Below are positions 40,323 to 49,253 of a DNA stretch of 64,000 nucleotides, one piece after another. Every line of letters begins with the position of its first letter. Positions within the stretch are counted from its first letter, which is position 1. The stretch is taken from positions 352,001 through 416,000 of the forward strand of contig CBDBOV010000004.1 in the NCBI GenBank assembly GCA_965208575.1, written 5' to 3'. The notes under the pieces are model-generated. The model saw nothing but the letters and a program-made list of their open reading frames with translations, did not search any database and was not told the DNA's origin. Source of the stretch: Spirochaetia bacterium (GTDB taxonomy: Bacteria; Spirochaetota; Spirochaetia; SZUA-6; Bin103). The position numbers and the translations under genes were made by a program.

Positions 40323-41240
40323 CTATCGGCCCAGTCCAGCCCCACGTCCCCTGAGCCGCGGATCGAGCAGGTCGCGCACGGCGTCGCCGAACATGTTCAG
40401 GCTGTAGATGGTAACGGTCAGGCAAAGACCTGGCCAGAGGGCCAGCCACGGCGCCGCCTCCATGTATTTGCGCCCTTCCCGGCTCAGCATGCCTCCCCAG
40501 TCAGGAATTGCGGGCGGCAGACCGAAGCCCAGGTAGCCCAGCGAAGCCAGAGCCATGATAACGCCGCCTACACTGGTGCTGAATGAAATGATTATGACGG
40601 GTGTGATATTGGGCAAGACGTGGCGTAAGAATGACCTCCATTTCGACGAACCGACGGCCTCCGCCACCACAAAATAGATACTCTCCTTGATGCCGATCAC
40701 GGCGCTCCTGATTACGCGCGCGCCAGCTATACCTCCTGATATACCCAGGATCAGGATTATCTGCACGAGACCCTTCCCCACTATGGAGATGACCGTCAAC
40801 ATGAGCAGCAATCCCGGGAACGCCATCCAGGAGTCGACAAATCTCTGTACGATCAGATCCAGCTTACCACCCACGAATCCGGAAACGCCGCCTACCAGGG
40901 TACTGATGAGGACACTGAGCGTGGTCACCGTCAGACCGACAAGTACGGAAACACGAGCCCCGAATATGACACGGCTGAGAACGTCTCGTCCGGTTTGGTC
41001 GGTACCCAGTAGATATTTGGAGGACGGGCCCAAGAGCCTGTCTGCCAGGTGCATTTCCTTGTATGGATAAGGGGCTAATTCGCCCCCGAACACAGCCACC
41101 ACAATCAATAGGAGTATGACGATTCCGCTGGCCATGCCCAGTGGCTTCTGGCGGGCCAGCCTGACGAAGAAATCGGCCACGGCACTACGGCTCTTTGGCG
41201 TACCTGCCGGTGAGGATGGCGCGGTACCAGCACTACTCAT
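40323..41240 (-). CDS. Peptide/nickel ABC permease, DppC type (module 3)
   Basis: LGTDQTGRDVLSRVIFGARVS, PDWGGML. Confidence 0.93.
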   Translation of the reverse strand: MSSAGTAPSSPAGTPKSRSAVADFFVRLARQKPLGMASGIVILLLIVVAVFGGELAPYPYKEMHLADRLLGPSSKYLLGTDQTGRDVLSRVIFGARVSVLVGLTVTTLSVLISTLVGGVSGFVGGKLDLIVQRFVDSWMAFPGLLLMLTVISIVGKGLVQIILILGISGGIAGARVIRSAVIGIKESIYFVVAEAVGSSKWRSFLRHVLPNITPVIIISFSTSVGGVIMALASLGYLGFGLPPAIPDWGGMLSREGRKYMEAAPWLALWPGLCLTVTIYSLNMFGDAVRDLLDPRLRGRGAGLGR

Positions 41241-41255
41241 AGTCCGATTCCACTC

Positions 41256-42215
41256 CTATTGATAGCGGATCCTGGGGTCCAAATAGGGATACAACATGTC
41301 GATGAGGAGAATATTGAGCAGGACTACGGTGGAAAGAATCAGGTTGATTGCCGAGATTACCGGGTAATCTCGTTTATCGAGTGCGTCCAGAAACATCCGG
41401 CCGAGCCCCGGCAGAACAAATATGTCCTCCATGATGACGGAGCCGCCTATCAGGATCGGCAGATGCAGGCCGACCAGCGTCACGATCGGGATGAGAGCAT
41501 TCTTGACGGCGTGTCGGGCTACGACGACTCTCTCCTTGAGGCCCTTCGACCAGGCGGTTCGGATGTAGTCTTGCCTGAGCACCTCCAGCATCATGGTGCG
41601 CGTCATCCGCATTATGGCTGCCGACATGCCGGTGCCCAGAATCAAGCCTGGAATGAAGAACATGCCGAGATTCCCCAGTGGATTGTCCGCGAACGTAATC
41701 AACTCGACCGGTGGCGACCAGCCCCACCAGATCGCCGGGAACAGCATGATCATGATTCCCAGCCAGAAGTTAGGGGTTGCCATGCCGATTACGGCGACGG
41801 TCCGTCCTAGGTAGTCGGTGGGCGTATCCTGGCGGATCGCCGAGTAGATGCCGACCGGCAGGGCTATCACGAGCGCGATTGCGATTGCCATGGCACCGAG
41901 CTCGATGGTGACCGGCAATCTACCCGATATCCTCTCCGCTATCGACCACTGGCCGATAAGCGACTCGCCAAACGTGCCGTGCAGAAAAATACCTCTCATC
42001 CAGCGTCCATACTGCATGTAGACCGGCACGTCCAACCCCAGCGAATGCCGAAGCGCCACCTCGTCCACCTGGCCTCCGGTCTGCGGCCCCAGCGAAGTCA
42101 CGAGATAGTCCACTACATCGCCGGGTATGAAGCGGGCCGCGAGAAACACCAGGATGGTCAACATGAACAGGGCCGGGATGGTCAGCAACAACCGCCTGAT
42201 GAGATAGGCTCTCAT
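41256..42215 (-). CDS. Peptide/nickel ABC permease, DppB type (module 3)
   Basis: MRAYLIRRLL, EVLRQDYIRTAWSKGL. Confidence 0.93.
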   Translation of the reverse strand: MRAYLIRRLLLTIPALFMLTILVFLAARFIPGDVVDYLVTSLGPQTGGQVDEVALRHSLGLDVPVYMQYGRWMRGIFLHGTFGESLIGQWSIAERISGRLPVTIELGAMAIAIALVIALPVGIYSAIRQDTPTDYLGRTVAVIGMATPNFWLGIMIMLFPAIWWGWSPPVELITFADNPLGNLGMFFIPGLILGTGMSAAIMRMTRTMMLEVLRQDYIRTAWSKGLKERVVVARHAVKNALIPIVTLVGLHLPILIGGSVIMEDIFVLPGLGRMFLDALDKRDYPVISAINLILSTVVLLNILLIDMLYPYLDPRIRYQ

Positions 42216-42256
42216 GGGACAGACCTCATTTTCTTTGCCCCGGCGAAAGCCGCAAA

Positions 42257-42300
42257 GGGAGCTGGGATGCGCTACGGTACGCGACCGCCTCCCAGCTCCC
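42257..42300 (-). terminator. Intercistronic stem-loop after SBP gene 3
   Basis: gggagctggga...tcccagctccc, followed by ttt on the minus strand. Confidence 0.6.
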
Positions 42301-42307
42301 AGGCAGT

Positions 42308-42355
42308 CCGGTTGGGCCGGAAGCGCCGCCGCAGGCGGCGGCTTCGGGGCGCTAG
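42308..42355 (-). repeat. 48-bp dispersed repeat, copy B (inverted relative to copy A)
   Basis: Reverse complement matches 28403-28450 at 45/48 positions. Confidence 0.85.
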
Positions 42356-42371
42356 TAGTGAGTGAAACCCA

Positions 42372-44213
42372 CTAGTAGCCCATTGCTTCCTTCAGGTCCT
42401 GGTCAATCCAGAGGCGGGCAAAGAGCGTATTGCGTTCCGCGCGTCCCATGTTCCATTCGCCGTTGTAACCCTTGACCCACGGTTGATTCACGCTATAGAT
42501 GGGACTGGTGGACTTGGTCAGGCCCCAGTGCTCCCTTACCATGATCTCATCGGCCTGTCTGATAATGCTCTTCATCTCGTCCATGTCGATCGGCTCCACG
42601 TCCGGAAACTCCGAGTGCCACCCTCCGCCGGTCGAACGATACAGGGCATCCACCCGCGGGTCGGTAGCCTTGTTGAAGCAAATCCTGCAATAGCTGGTCT
42701 TCGTGCCAAGGTTCCAACGCATGCCAAAGGTGCCCGCGAAGCCCTGGTATGTGCCACTCAACAGGTGCCACTCAGCCGTCTTCGCCGCGTTTCTGGCTCC
42801 GGACTCGGCATTGGACTGCAAGACGAGCTCGCTTTCAACGCCAATGGCCTCAAAGTAGCCCATGACGATCTCTGCGTAGGTCGGGTCGAACCTGTCGTGC
42901 AGGGCTAACGCGATCTTGAATCGATAGCCGTCGTCGCCGCGCGGGTGCCCGGCCTCATCAAGCAGAGCTTCCGCCGCGGCCGGGTCGTAGCGGTATTCTT
43001 CCTTGATCTCTTCGGGCCATTCCTCATATGGCCAGTAAAATCCTTCCGCCACGTTTTGCGAGACCAACCCACCAGGGGTCGGATCTCCGTAGCCCCGGAA
43101 GTAGTTGGCGGAAATGTTCTCGCGGTCCACCGACATCTGCAGTGCCTTGCGCACGTTGGGATCGTCAGTGGGTGCCAACGCCCAGTTGAAATTGAACTGG
43201 CCCGATGGTCCCCCATAAACGCTCCACGCCTCGATCTCAGGGTTGGTCTTCTGCAGGGTCTCCAAGTCGTCGATCGAGTAGATGTTTACGTCGCCGGTGT
43301 TACCCATGTAATCAACTTTGCCGGTGCGCAGTGCCGCCAGACGGGTTGACATGTCCGGCATGAGGAGGGCCCGGTACTCGTCAATGTACGGCAGGCGGTT
43401 GTCCGGAAATTTCTCGTCGTAGCCCCAGTAGTTGGGATTCTTCTGCCAGGTTACGGAGCTTCCCTCTACCACGTCAGTCAGTCGCAACGGCCCGGTACCG
43501 ACCACGTTCCGCCAGTCCTTCATGTCTCCGTATTCCTCGATCACCTCACGCGGGACCGCAAACCAGAAATTGTTGAGCATACTCTCCAGCGTGGCGAGTA
43601 CAGGGTTCGTCAGCTTGATCTCAACCGTCCATTGGTCAGTGGCGGTTACCGACTCGACAGGTACACCGAGCAGATACCCATGGGCACTAGGTCCGGCTTC
43701 GGCAAAATCTCCCAGACCCAGATAGCGGTGGAAGTTCCACTCGACGTCGTAGGCATCGAACCCGCGACCGTTCACCGGTGCCTTGTCGTCCCAGGAGACG
43801 CCCTGGCGGATACTGAAGATCAGCGTGGTGTCGTCGGGCATGGACCAGCTTTCGGCCAGAGCCCCCCTACTGAACTCGGGCGGTCGGTCCCAGAATCCGA
43901 AATTGAACGTGTCCCTGGATATTCCCCAGTCGGTGAAGGCGAGCGGCTCATTGACGCCACTGATGAAGTGGGCCGCCCAGCCGCCACCAATCAGGAACGG
44001 ATCAGGATTCTCGGCAAGAGCCTTCGTCGGCCAGGTGATTGTCCCGCCATACTCCGGCGCGGTCACCATCTTGCCGGTGGTGGGGTCGAGCACCATCTCC
44101 TTCTCGGCGGTCGCGGCCGGCTCCTCTTCCGCCGCCGCGGCCCAGAGACCGGTTGCGGTCAGAACGAGGACCAGCGCAACCGCGAGGGTCCGTGTGATCT
44201 GTACAACGTGCAT
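42372..44213 (-). CDS. Family 5 ABC substrate-binding protein (module 3)
   Basis: GGAG RBS before ATG 44213, signal peptide, PEYGGTI, LAESWS, VGTGP. Confidence 0.92.
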   Translation of the reverse strand: MHVVQITRTLAVALVLVLTATGLWAAAAEEEPAATAEKEMVLDPTTGKMVTAPEYGGTITWPTKALAENPDPFLIGGGWAAHFISGVNEPLAFTDWGISRDTFNFGFWDRPPEFSRGALAESWSMPDDTTLIFSIRQGVSWDDKAPVNGRGFDAYDVEWNFHRYLGLGDFAEAGPSAHGYLLGVPVESVTATDQWTVEIKLTNPVLATLESMLNNFWFAVPREVIEEYGDMKDWRNVVGTGPLRLTDVVEGSSVTWQKNPNYWGYDEKFPDNRLPYIDEYRALLMPDMSTRLAALRTGKVDYMGNTGDVNIYSIDDLETLQKTNPEIEAWSVYGGPSGQFNFNWALAPTDDPNVRKALQMSVDRENISANYFRGYGDPTPGGLVSQNVAEGFYWPYEEWPEEIKEEYRYDPAAAEALLDEAGHPRGDDGYRFKIALALHDRFDPTYAEIVMGYFEAIGVESELVLQSNAESGARNAAKTAEWHLLSGTYQGFAGTFGMRWNLGTKTSYCRICFNKATDPRVDALYRSTGGGWHSEFPDVEPIDMDEMKSIIRQADEIMVREHWGLTKSTSPIYSVNQPWVKGYNGEWNMGRAERNTLFARLWIDQDLKEAMGY

Positions 44214-44236
44214 ACGTAACTCCGTATGTTGACTTG

Positions 44237-44292
44237 TTGAGAGTGTTGCGGAGCGCCGTGCCGCTCTCTGGCCACTCTCGCGCCCGCAACGC
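44237..44292 (-). ncRNA. Candidate structured cis-regulatory leader RNA, copy 3
   Basis: mRNA sense: gttgcg..gagagt..gagcg-gcacgg-cgctc-cgcaac-actctcaac. Confidence 0.55.
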
Positions 44293-44357
44293 AGGCAGTC
44301 AGTCAGACTGGCACGCTCGCCCCGAGGCGTCAAGCGCGCGCGGACTCGACAATTCCT

Positions 44358-44568
44358 ATGTTGGCTTGCCATCACCTCGACCCTCCGCGGCGCGCCCACC
44401 GAGGTAGAGCTGGGTACCGCCGAGGGGCTCAAGGGAAGCTCGTGCGCCAACCTGTGCAACCTGTTCACGGTAGAGCAGCGCCGGCTGCGAACCTTCGTGG
44501 GGAGCGTCGGTGCGGACAAGATGCGCCAAGTGTGCCGGGCGCTGCTCGTCGCCAGCGGGTGCGACTGA
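44358..44568 (+). pseudogene. C-terminal two-thirds of a PemK/MazF toxin with no in-frame start
   Basis: 44368-44568 reads AITSTLRGAPTEVELGTAEGLKGSSCANLCNLFTVEQRRLRTFVGSVGADKMRQVCRALLVASGCD*. Confidence 0.8.
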
Positions 44569-44601
44569 ACAGGGCACACGAACGCCGCGCCGGCAGCGGG
44601 G

Positions 44602-45441
44602 TCAGGCGAAGTTGACGCCGGTGATGCGCGGCCACTCCGCCACCGGCGGCGGTGGCGCGTTGTTGGCTCCGGGTACGGTCTGATCGAAGTCGATGAGCGA
44701 GCCGGTCATCATGCCGGATTCGCCGGACGCCAGAAAGGCAACGGTGCGGGCGATCTCGTCCGGCTTGAGGAGGCGCCCGAACGGCCTGGATGCCTCGGCG
44801 GCCTGCAACCAGCCGTCGCCGGCGCCGTGGTAGCGGCGCTGGATGGCGTCCTCGGCCGGGGTGTCCATGGAGCCGACGTGAATGGCGTTCACCCGGATGC
44901 GGCTGTGCATCACCGCGTTGGCGACGTTCTTCGTGAGGGCGTCGAGGGCGCTCTTGGAGATGGCGTAGCTCATCAGGAACGGCGGGCCGCAGCGTGCCAC
45001 CACGCTGGAGATGTTGACGATCGATCCCGCCACGCGCTCGCGCTGCATCAGCCGGATGGCATCCTGCATCAGCAGCAGCGGCGCGCGGGCGTTGACCGCC
45101 ATCATGCGGTCGAACTCGTCCGGGCTCGCGCTCCAGATGCTGTCGCGATCGGTGACCGCGGCGGCGTTCACGAGCACGTGCAGGGTGCCGAACCGCTCGT
45201 CGGCGGTGGCGACCAGGCGGCGGCAGTTGGCCACCTCGGCGAGGTCGCCGGACACGTAGTACGCACGGCAACCGCCGGCTTCCAGGTCCGCCGCTACCGC
45301 CTCACCGCGCGCCACGTCGCGCCCGCTGAGCACGATGCCGGCGGCCCCGCGCGCCGCGAACAGGCGCGCAACCGCCTCGCCCAACCCCTGGCTGCCGCCG
45401 GTCACTACCGCATAGCAGCCCTGCAAGGAATCATCACTCAT
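44602..45441 (-). CDS. SDR family oxidoreductase
   Basis: [17 protein letters not shown]. Confidence 0.92.
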   Translation of the reverse strand: MSDDSLQGCYAVVTGGSQGLGEAVARLFAARGAAGIVLSGRDVARGEAVAADLEAGGCRAYYVSGDLAEVANCRRLVATADERFGTLHVLVNAAAVTDRDSIWSASPDEFDRMMAVNARAPLLLMQDAIRLMQRERVAGSIVNISSVVARCGPPFLMSYAISKSALDALTKNVANAVMHSRIRVNAIHVGSMDTPAEDAIQRRYHGAGDGWLQAAEASRPFGRLLKPDEIARTVAFLASGESGMMTGSLIDFDQTVPGANNAPPPPVAEWPRITGVNFA

Positions 45442-45448
45442 GGCGGCG

Positions 45449-46465
45449 CTACCATAGCCGGGCGCCGGCTCCCTCGCCTACCACGGCGACCGCGTGCTCC
45501 GGCAGCCAGGCGCGGCGGCCGTCGTCCAGGGCTACCTGGTACCAGTCGTTGCGCCGCTCCAGCACCACCAGCTCCGTTCCCGCATGCAGCGCGCCGTCGA
45601 AGCTGGCCTCGTAGGCGGCTCCGTCGCCACGCCGGGCCACCACCTCCGGGGCCACCACCACGGCGGCGGAATCCTGCAAATCGACCAGCTCGACCGCTAC
45701 GGAACCGCCCATGGCGACCGCAACCACCGCGGCGGCGGCCACGACCGCTCCGACCACCTGGCGGCGCACCCGCCGCCAGGTGCGCCACGCGTGCAGCCGT
45801 TCGCGCACACGGCGGGCAGGCGCAACCATGGTGGCCAGGGCCCGCAGCAACGCGAGCAGCCACAGCAGGTTCCAGGCGGTCAGCAGCAGGGCCGTGCGCG
45901 CCCGCAGCGGCATCGTGAAGTGCCAGAAGAACAGCAGGCGCGCCACGCCGCCGGCGGCGGTGGGTGCGACCCGGTCGCGGCGCAGGGAGCGGGCGTGGCG
46001 CAGGCTCTGCTGCAGGTTGCGGTCCGCCGGAATGAACTGCTGCGCCTCCCGGTAGTACAGGATGGCGCGGCCGAGGTCACCGAGGCGCAGGTAGCTGTTG
46101 CCGATGTTGTACAGCAGGTAGCCGTTGCCGCCGCCGAGTGCCGCGGCGGCCGCCTCGTAGCGCAGCAGCGCGGCGCGAAACTGCTCTGCCGCCGCGGCGG
46201 AGCGGCGCTCGCCGGCGAGCCGGTTGCCTGCGGCAAAGTGGCGCTCCGCCTCGGCCAGCAGCACCGCCGGCGCGGCGGCCGGGTCCGGGGTGGCCGCGGC
46301 CGCATCCTGCGCCGCCGCCGGCACGGCCGCTCCCAGGCCGCACAGCGCGGCAAGCAGAACTACCCGCCGAAAGCCGCCGGGAAGCCGAAGCCGCTCGCGG
46401 GCGCCGTGCAACGACACAGAGCCGTTGCCGCCGCGGCTCCGGTGCCGATCAAGAGTGCGGCTCAT
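45449..46465 (-). CDS. BatE-like TPR/SH3 membrane protein
   Basis: [24 protein letters not shown] and C-terminal LHAGTEL...WYQV....RAW SH3-like domain. Confidence 0.8.
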   Translation of the reverse strand: MSRTLDRHRSRGGNGSVSLHGARERLRLPGGFRRVVLLAALCGLGAAVPAAAQDAAAATPDPAAAPAVLLAEAERHFAAGNRLAGERRSAAAAEQFRAALLRYEAAAAALGGGNGYLLYNIGNSYLRLGDLGRAILYYREAQQFIPADRNLQQSLRHARSLRRDRVAPTAAGGVARLLFFWHFTMPLRARTALLLTAWNLLWLLALLRALATMVAPARRVRERLHAWRTWRRVRRQVVGAVVAAAAVVAVAMGGSVAVELVDLQDSAAVVVAPEVVARRGDGAAYEASFDGALHAGTELVVLERRNDWYQVALDDGRRAWLPEHAVAVVGEGAGARLW

Positions 46466-48312
46466 CGGCGCAACTCAGCCTCGACGTCGGCAGCCCATGC
46501 GCGCAGGTCGGCCGTCACGTCCGCACCGGTACCGGCAGCGCCGTAGCGGGCCGCTTCCAGGCCGCCGAACAGAACGCCCAGTTGGTCGACGTGGCGCTCC
46601 GACACCCCGCGTTCGCGCAGCAGACCGGCGACGTCGGCAATGCCGTGCACCGGGCGCCCGGCGGTGAATCGTTCCGCCAGGTAGGTGCGCAACGCGTGGT
46701 GCTGGGCCGACGGGTCGGCATACGACGGGCCGGCATGTGCGGGGCCGGCGCCGGCATCGAGGGCGCGGCGCAACCGGCTCAGGGCGGCGCCGGGGCTGCC
46801 CGTCCGTTGCCGGCGGCGACGGACCGCGGTCCATGCGGAGAGTCCGGCCAGCAGCAGGGGCGCCGCCAACAAGGCGGCAAGCCCGCCGGACGACGCGGCG
46901 AAGGCGAGCGCGTCGAAGCGCTGTTCCTTGAGCAGCAGCGGACCGGCGTAGTTGTGCGTAATCCCCTCCTCGCGGCTGGCCACCGCGGCGCTCGGCACCG
47001 CTCCGTCGCCGTCGCCCTCCACGTCCAGCATGGTCACCTGGCGGGTCGGCTGTACGCTCACCGGAATGGGGTCGCTGGCCAGCTCCACGTAGCGGCCGCC
47101 GGCGGCGTCGAATACGACCAGGCGCACCGGCGGGATGGCGGTGGTCTCGTGACTGAGCGCCCGCACCGTGCGGCGGACGGTGGCGCGTTCGAAGGTTGCC
47201 GCGGCCGCCGGCGCGTCGCTGATGCGAAACGCTTCGAAGCCGTCCATTCGGCCGATGTCCAGGGGCGGCAGGGTGCGCAGGTCGCCACTGCCGGCAATGG
47301 TCACCGTGAGGTCGATCGGGTCGCCCACCTTCACTTCCCGCGGCGCAGCCTCGGCGCCGATCGTGAACGTGCCCACCAGGCCGCTGAAGGCCCCGGGGCG
47401 CCCCGCGTCCGGCAGCGGCTTGACCTGCAGCATCAGCTCGTTGGACGGCAGCACGAAGCGTTGCGTGACCGCCTGCCGTACGGCACGCCCGAAGACGTCG
47501 CGCGTGTTGCGATAGCCGGCGATGCCCTCGAACACCAGGGTCGCCTTGGGGATGGCCAACTCGCCGGGCCGCTGCGGGATCAGCGTGGTGGTGAAGCTCA
47601 GCGTCCCATGGCGCTCGCCGTCGACGCCGGTCTCGCCGCGCTGCCAGACCACTTCGCGGCCGGACACCTCCAGGCGCACCGGATCGTCTGCCATCGTTGC
47701 GGGCCGCCGGTGTTCGTAAGTGACACCGGTGCCGGGCGCGCCGTCGAACAAAGGATAGCTCAACTGGTGGAACCGCTCCGGGCCAAGGCGCGGATCCCAC
47801 ATCCAGGTGGTGGTGAGCACTACCGGCTGGCCGACCCAGACCTCGCGTTCATCCAGGGTCAGGTGCAGGCGGTAGCCGTCCACAGCGCCGGGCTCGTTCA
47901 CCTCCACCGTGATCTCCGGTGTGTACCGCTGCACACCGCCGGCGACGACCGCCAGCGCGGGAATGGTGAGCGTGCCGGCCCGGGTGGCGGTGAGCTGATA
48001 GGTCATGACGTAGCCGCGGCGCACCTCGCGCGTGGAATTGCCGTTGATTACGGTCACGCTTTCGCTGTTGTTGGGGCCGGCCGCCAGCGGACGCACGGTG
48101 AAGCCGTGCAGCGCGCCGAGGTCGGGCGGCGTGACCTGGTCGGTGCCGCCCACCGCGATCTGGTAGCGAAACGGATCGCCCACGTCCACCGCCCGGCGGT
48201 CGACCGCGGCCCGCACGGAGATCTCCTGGGCGCCGGCGATGACCGCGCCCGCGATCAACGCCAGCACCGCCGCGGCACGTGCCAACCGGAATGGGATGGC
48301 CCGGCTCACCAT
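46462..48312 (-). CDS. BatD family protein
   Basis: Signal peptide, tandem Ig-like BatD repeats, LP...PxxFSGLVG, a late transmembrane segment, and operon position. Confidence 0.85.
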   Translation of the reverse strand: MVSRAIPFRLARAAAVLALIAGAVIAGAQEISVRAAVDRRAVDVGDPFRYQIAVGGTDQVTPPDLGALHGFTVRPLAAGPNNSESVTVINGNSTREVRRGYVMTYQLTATRAGTLTIPALAVVAGGVQRYTPEITVEVNEPGAVDGYRLHLTLDEREVWVGQPVVLTTTWMWDPRLGPERFHQLSYPLFDGAPGTGVTYEHRRPATMADDPVRLEVSGREVVWQRGETGVDGERHGTLSFTTTLIPQRPGELAIPKATLVFEGIAGYRNTRDVFGRAVRQAVTQRFVLPSNELMLQVKPLPDAGRPGAFSGLVGTFTIGAEAAPREVKVGDPIDLTVTIAGSGDLRTLPPLDIGRMDGFEAFRISDAPAAAATFERATVRRTVRALSHETTAIPPVRLVVFDAAGGRYVELASDPIPVSVQPTRQVTMLDVEGDGDGAVPSAAVASREEGITHNYAGPLLLKEQRFDALAFAASSGGLAALLAAPLLLAGLSAWTAVRRRRQRTGSPGAALSRLRRALDAGAGPAHAGPSYADPSAQHHALRTYLAERFTAGRPVHGIADVAGLLRERGVSERHVDQLGVLFGGLEAARYGAAGTGADVTADLRAWAADVEAELRR

Positions 48313-48392
48313 GGCGCGCACGGCCCCGGCGCAGCTCGGGCGCTTGCGGTTGTCCGATCGTACGCCGATGTCCGGCCGACACCCCATTCGTC

Positions 48393-49253
48393 CTACCAAT
48401 CCCGCGCCACCGGTTCCATCTGCTGCCGGCGGCGTTCCATCATGGCGGCAAGCGCCTCTTCGGCGGCGATGATCTGTCGCGCCACGGCGTCCGCCTCCTC
48501 ATCGGAGCGCGGCGCGTCGGCCATCTCCTGCTGCGCGCCGGAGTCCTGCTGCCCCTGGTTCTGCGGCGGCGCCTGCTGCTCCTGCTGTTGATCCGCTCCC
48601 TGCTCTGACCCGTCCTGTTGTTGCTGTTGTTGCTGCTGCCCCTGTCCTTGCGGTTGCTGTTGTTGATCTCCGTCGCCTGGTGAGCCGGTACCCTGCTGCG
48701 CCATCTGCCGGCGCAACTCGTCGAGCAACGTGCGCGCCCGTTCCAGGTGGTAGGCGGCGGCCTCATGATCGCCGGCCAGCCGCAGGGTGCGCTCGTAGCT
48801 CTTGATGGCGGACTCCAGTGCCGGCATCGCGCCCGCCGGGTCGGTCTGGGCGAGCTGTTCCGCCTCCGCCATCCAGGAGTGTCCGACGGCGAGGTGGCCG
48901 GCGGCGGCGAGCCGGTCCTCGGCGGCGTTGTTGATGGCGGCCTGCAGCAGGCGCCGCGCGGCGCCGTAGCGGCCGAGCCGATACGCCGCCGCCCCGGCGT
49001 TGTACAGCAGTCCCGCGTTGCCCGGCCGCAGCTCGGCGGCGCCGGCGAAAGCGCCGGCGGCGGTTTCGAAGTCGCCGGCGTGGTAGGCGGACACTCCGGT
49101 CCGCGCCGCGCGCTCCGGCTGGCCCAGCGCCGCGGCGCCGCTGCCGCTGACCGCGAGCCAGCCGGCCACCGCCAGCAGGCACAACGCGCGCGGGCTGATG
49201 CACCTTCCCGCGGGTTGGACGGCGAGAGGCTTCACCCGGCTACCTCCGGCCAT
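48393..49253 (-). CDS. BatC-like TPR protein with Gln-rich tail
   Basis: TPR helices, polyQ linker, C-terminal V.RDW. Confidence 0.8.
   Translation of the reverse strand: MAGGSRVKPLAVQPAGRCISPRALCLLAVAGWLAVSGSGAAALGQPERAARTGVSAYHAGDFETAAGAFAGAAELRPGNAGLLYNAGAAAYRLGRYGAARRLLQAAINNAAEDRLAAAGHLAVGHSWMAEAEQLAQTDPAGAMPALESAIKSYERTLRLAGDHEAAAYHLERARTLLDELRRQMAQQGTGSPGDGDQQQQPQGQGQQQQQQQQDGSEQGADQQQEQQAPPQNQGQQDSGAQQEMADAPRSDEEADAVARQIIAAEEALAAMMERRRQQMEPVARDW

Noticed and set aside
44237-44300. SAH riboswitch identity for the leader (GCGUUGC...CCAG...ACGGCGCUC resemblance)
   Set aside because: It lacks the 5' GAGGAGCG needed for SAH pairing, and copy 1 lacks ACGGCGCUC. The CGCUC pairs locally instead.
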